Assembly (NCBI GenBank): GCA_964016885.1
Contig: OZ024748.1
Span: 29,140,001-29,204,000 of the forward strand
Origin: Eledone cirrhosa
Taxonomy: Eukaryota
Length of the DNA stretch: 64,000 bases
Direction of reading: 5' to 3'
In this document: in pieces, positions 62,941 to 64,000 of the stretch
How positions within the stretch are numbered: the stretch's first letter is position 1
Layout of the letters: each line of letters opens with the position of its first letter
Translations under genes and position numbers: made by a program
Notes under the pieces: generated by a model
What the model was told of the DNA's origin: nothing
The model's input: only the letters and a program-made list of their open reading frames with translations
Database searches by the model: none

Positions 62941-64000
62941 GACATCAGGGCAACAAGAAGCTGACCATCAGTCCCATACTCCTACACAACCTTCTACAGC
63001 AGGTCCTAAGGAATCCGGTCATATGCCTTTTCAAGGTCGACAAAACAAGAATATACCTCTTGCCAATTCTCCCATGATTTATCGAAGACCCGCTGCGCTA
63101 TGAATATTTGGTTGGCTGTGCTGTGTCCAGGGCAAAAGCTGCACTGCTCATCAGATAGCTTGGACTTAACAATCTCCCTGCCAGACACTAAGCATAGATT
63201 TTACCGGGCAGGCTTACCAATGAGATCCCTCTTGTCTCCCTTTTTGAAAATTAGGATTATCCCTCCCAATTGTCATTGTTTAGGTGCCTTTCTAGAGATC
63301 CAGGCCATCCGGCACACAAGTCAGCGAGAGAATATCTTCTCTATTTAAGGCTTTTAATATCTCGGGCCAGATTTCATCTTTCCTAGCGGCCTTGCCACGT
63401 TTGAGCTCTTTAACTACTCTTGTGACCTCAGCCTCTGAGAGATTAGTCACCGCTCCCAGATGTTTAGGAGATCAGCAAAATATTCTCTCCACCCCATGAG
63501 GATGCATCTCTCTGAAGAGAGGAGAACCCCAGACGCATTCTTGATAGTAGGTGTGGAAGAGGACTTCTTATTGTGAAGTCAGCAGATGGTTTGCCAGAAC
63601 ACTTTATTTGCTCATCTAAAATCAAATTCCAGCTTAACCACAAAGTCCCCCATTTCTCAACTGGACACCTTTACTGTCTCTGCTGCGATTCTTCGTGCCT
63701 GCTTGTACTACAAGTGCAAGAAAGAGGACTTATTTTCAAGATAAACTTTGTAGGCTTCCTTCTTTGCTTTGATGCCATCTTTGACCTCTTGGTTAAATCA
63801 AGGAATTCTCCTGCTATCTGGTGCCACACCAAGCCTCACACACCACAACAAAAGATGTTAGAGATTCCCTCCAACAATTTTTGAGGGAAGCCAACACACT
63901 TGCAGCATTGCTGTAGGAGAGCAACCATGGATAGAGGGAAGAGACATATGAGCATTCATATAGACCTAGACTCCCAAATTGTTTTGGCAATGTAGTCAGG
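62941..64000 (-). mobile_element. RTE-clade LINE, upstream part of the element continued at 61575-62101 (RT N-terminus and linker), degenerate
   Basis: EQCSFCPGHSTANQIF, CFVDLEKAYDRIP and NQEVKDGIKAKKEAYK; stops and frameshifts. The right boundary is uncertain. Confidence 0.85.

Overview
This is AT-rich eukaryotic (animal) genomic DNA. The SINE, RTE and (TA)n content resembles cephalopod (octopus-like) genomes, but that is inference from pattern recognition only. Bases 1-~46083 are one uninterrupted satellite of a 35-bp monomer (about 1,316 copies, continuing off the left edge). It has overlapping internal palindromes, one CCCTAA/CCCTGA telomere-like hexamer per unit, almost no indels and kilobase-scale higher-order duplications. 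From 46479 to 58872 on the + strand lie seven phase-compatible GT-AG exons. They encode the C-terminal ~385 aa of a Glu/Arg coiled-coil plus Gly-rich protein, probably SAFB/SLTM family, and include a tandemly duplicated 96-bp exon. Introns and the 3' flank hold minisatellites, tRNA-type SINEs, RTE LINE fragments (one nested), a MITE, a deleted mariner and a Helitron fragment. Two highlights stand out. First, the last intron has two long inverted-repeat insertions that each carry a minimal type I hammerhead-ribozyme motif with a non-canonical core (U3-A8, and C4). Second, several satellite variants carry multi-base changes that create new hairpins.
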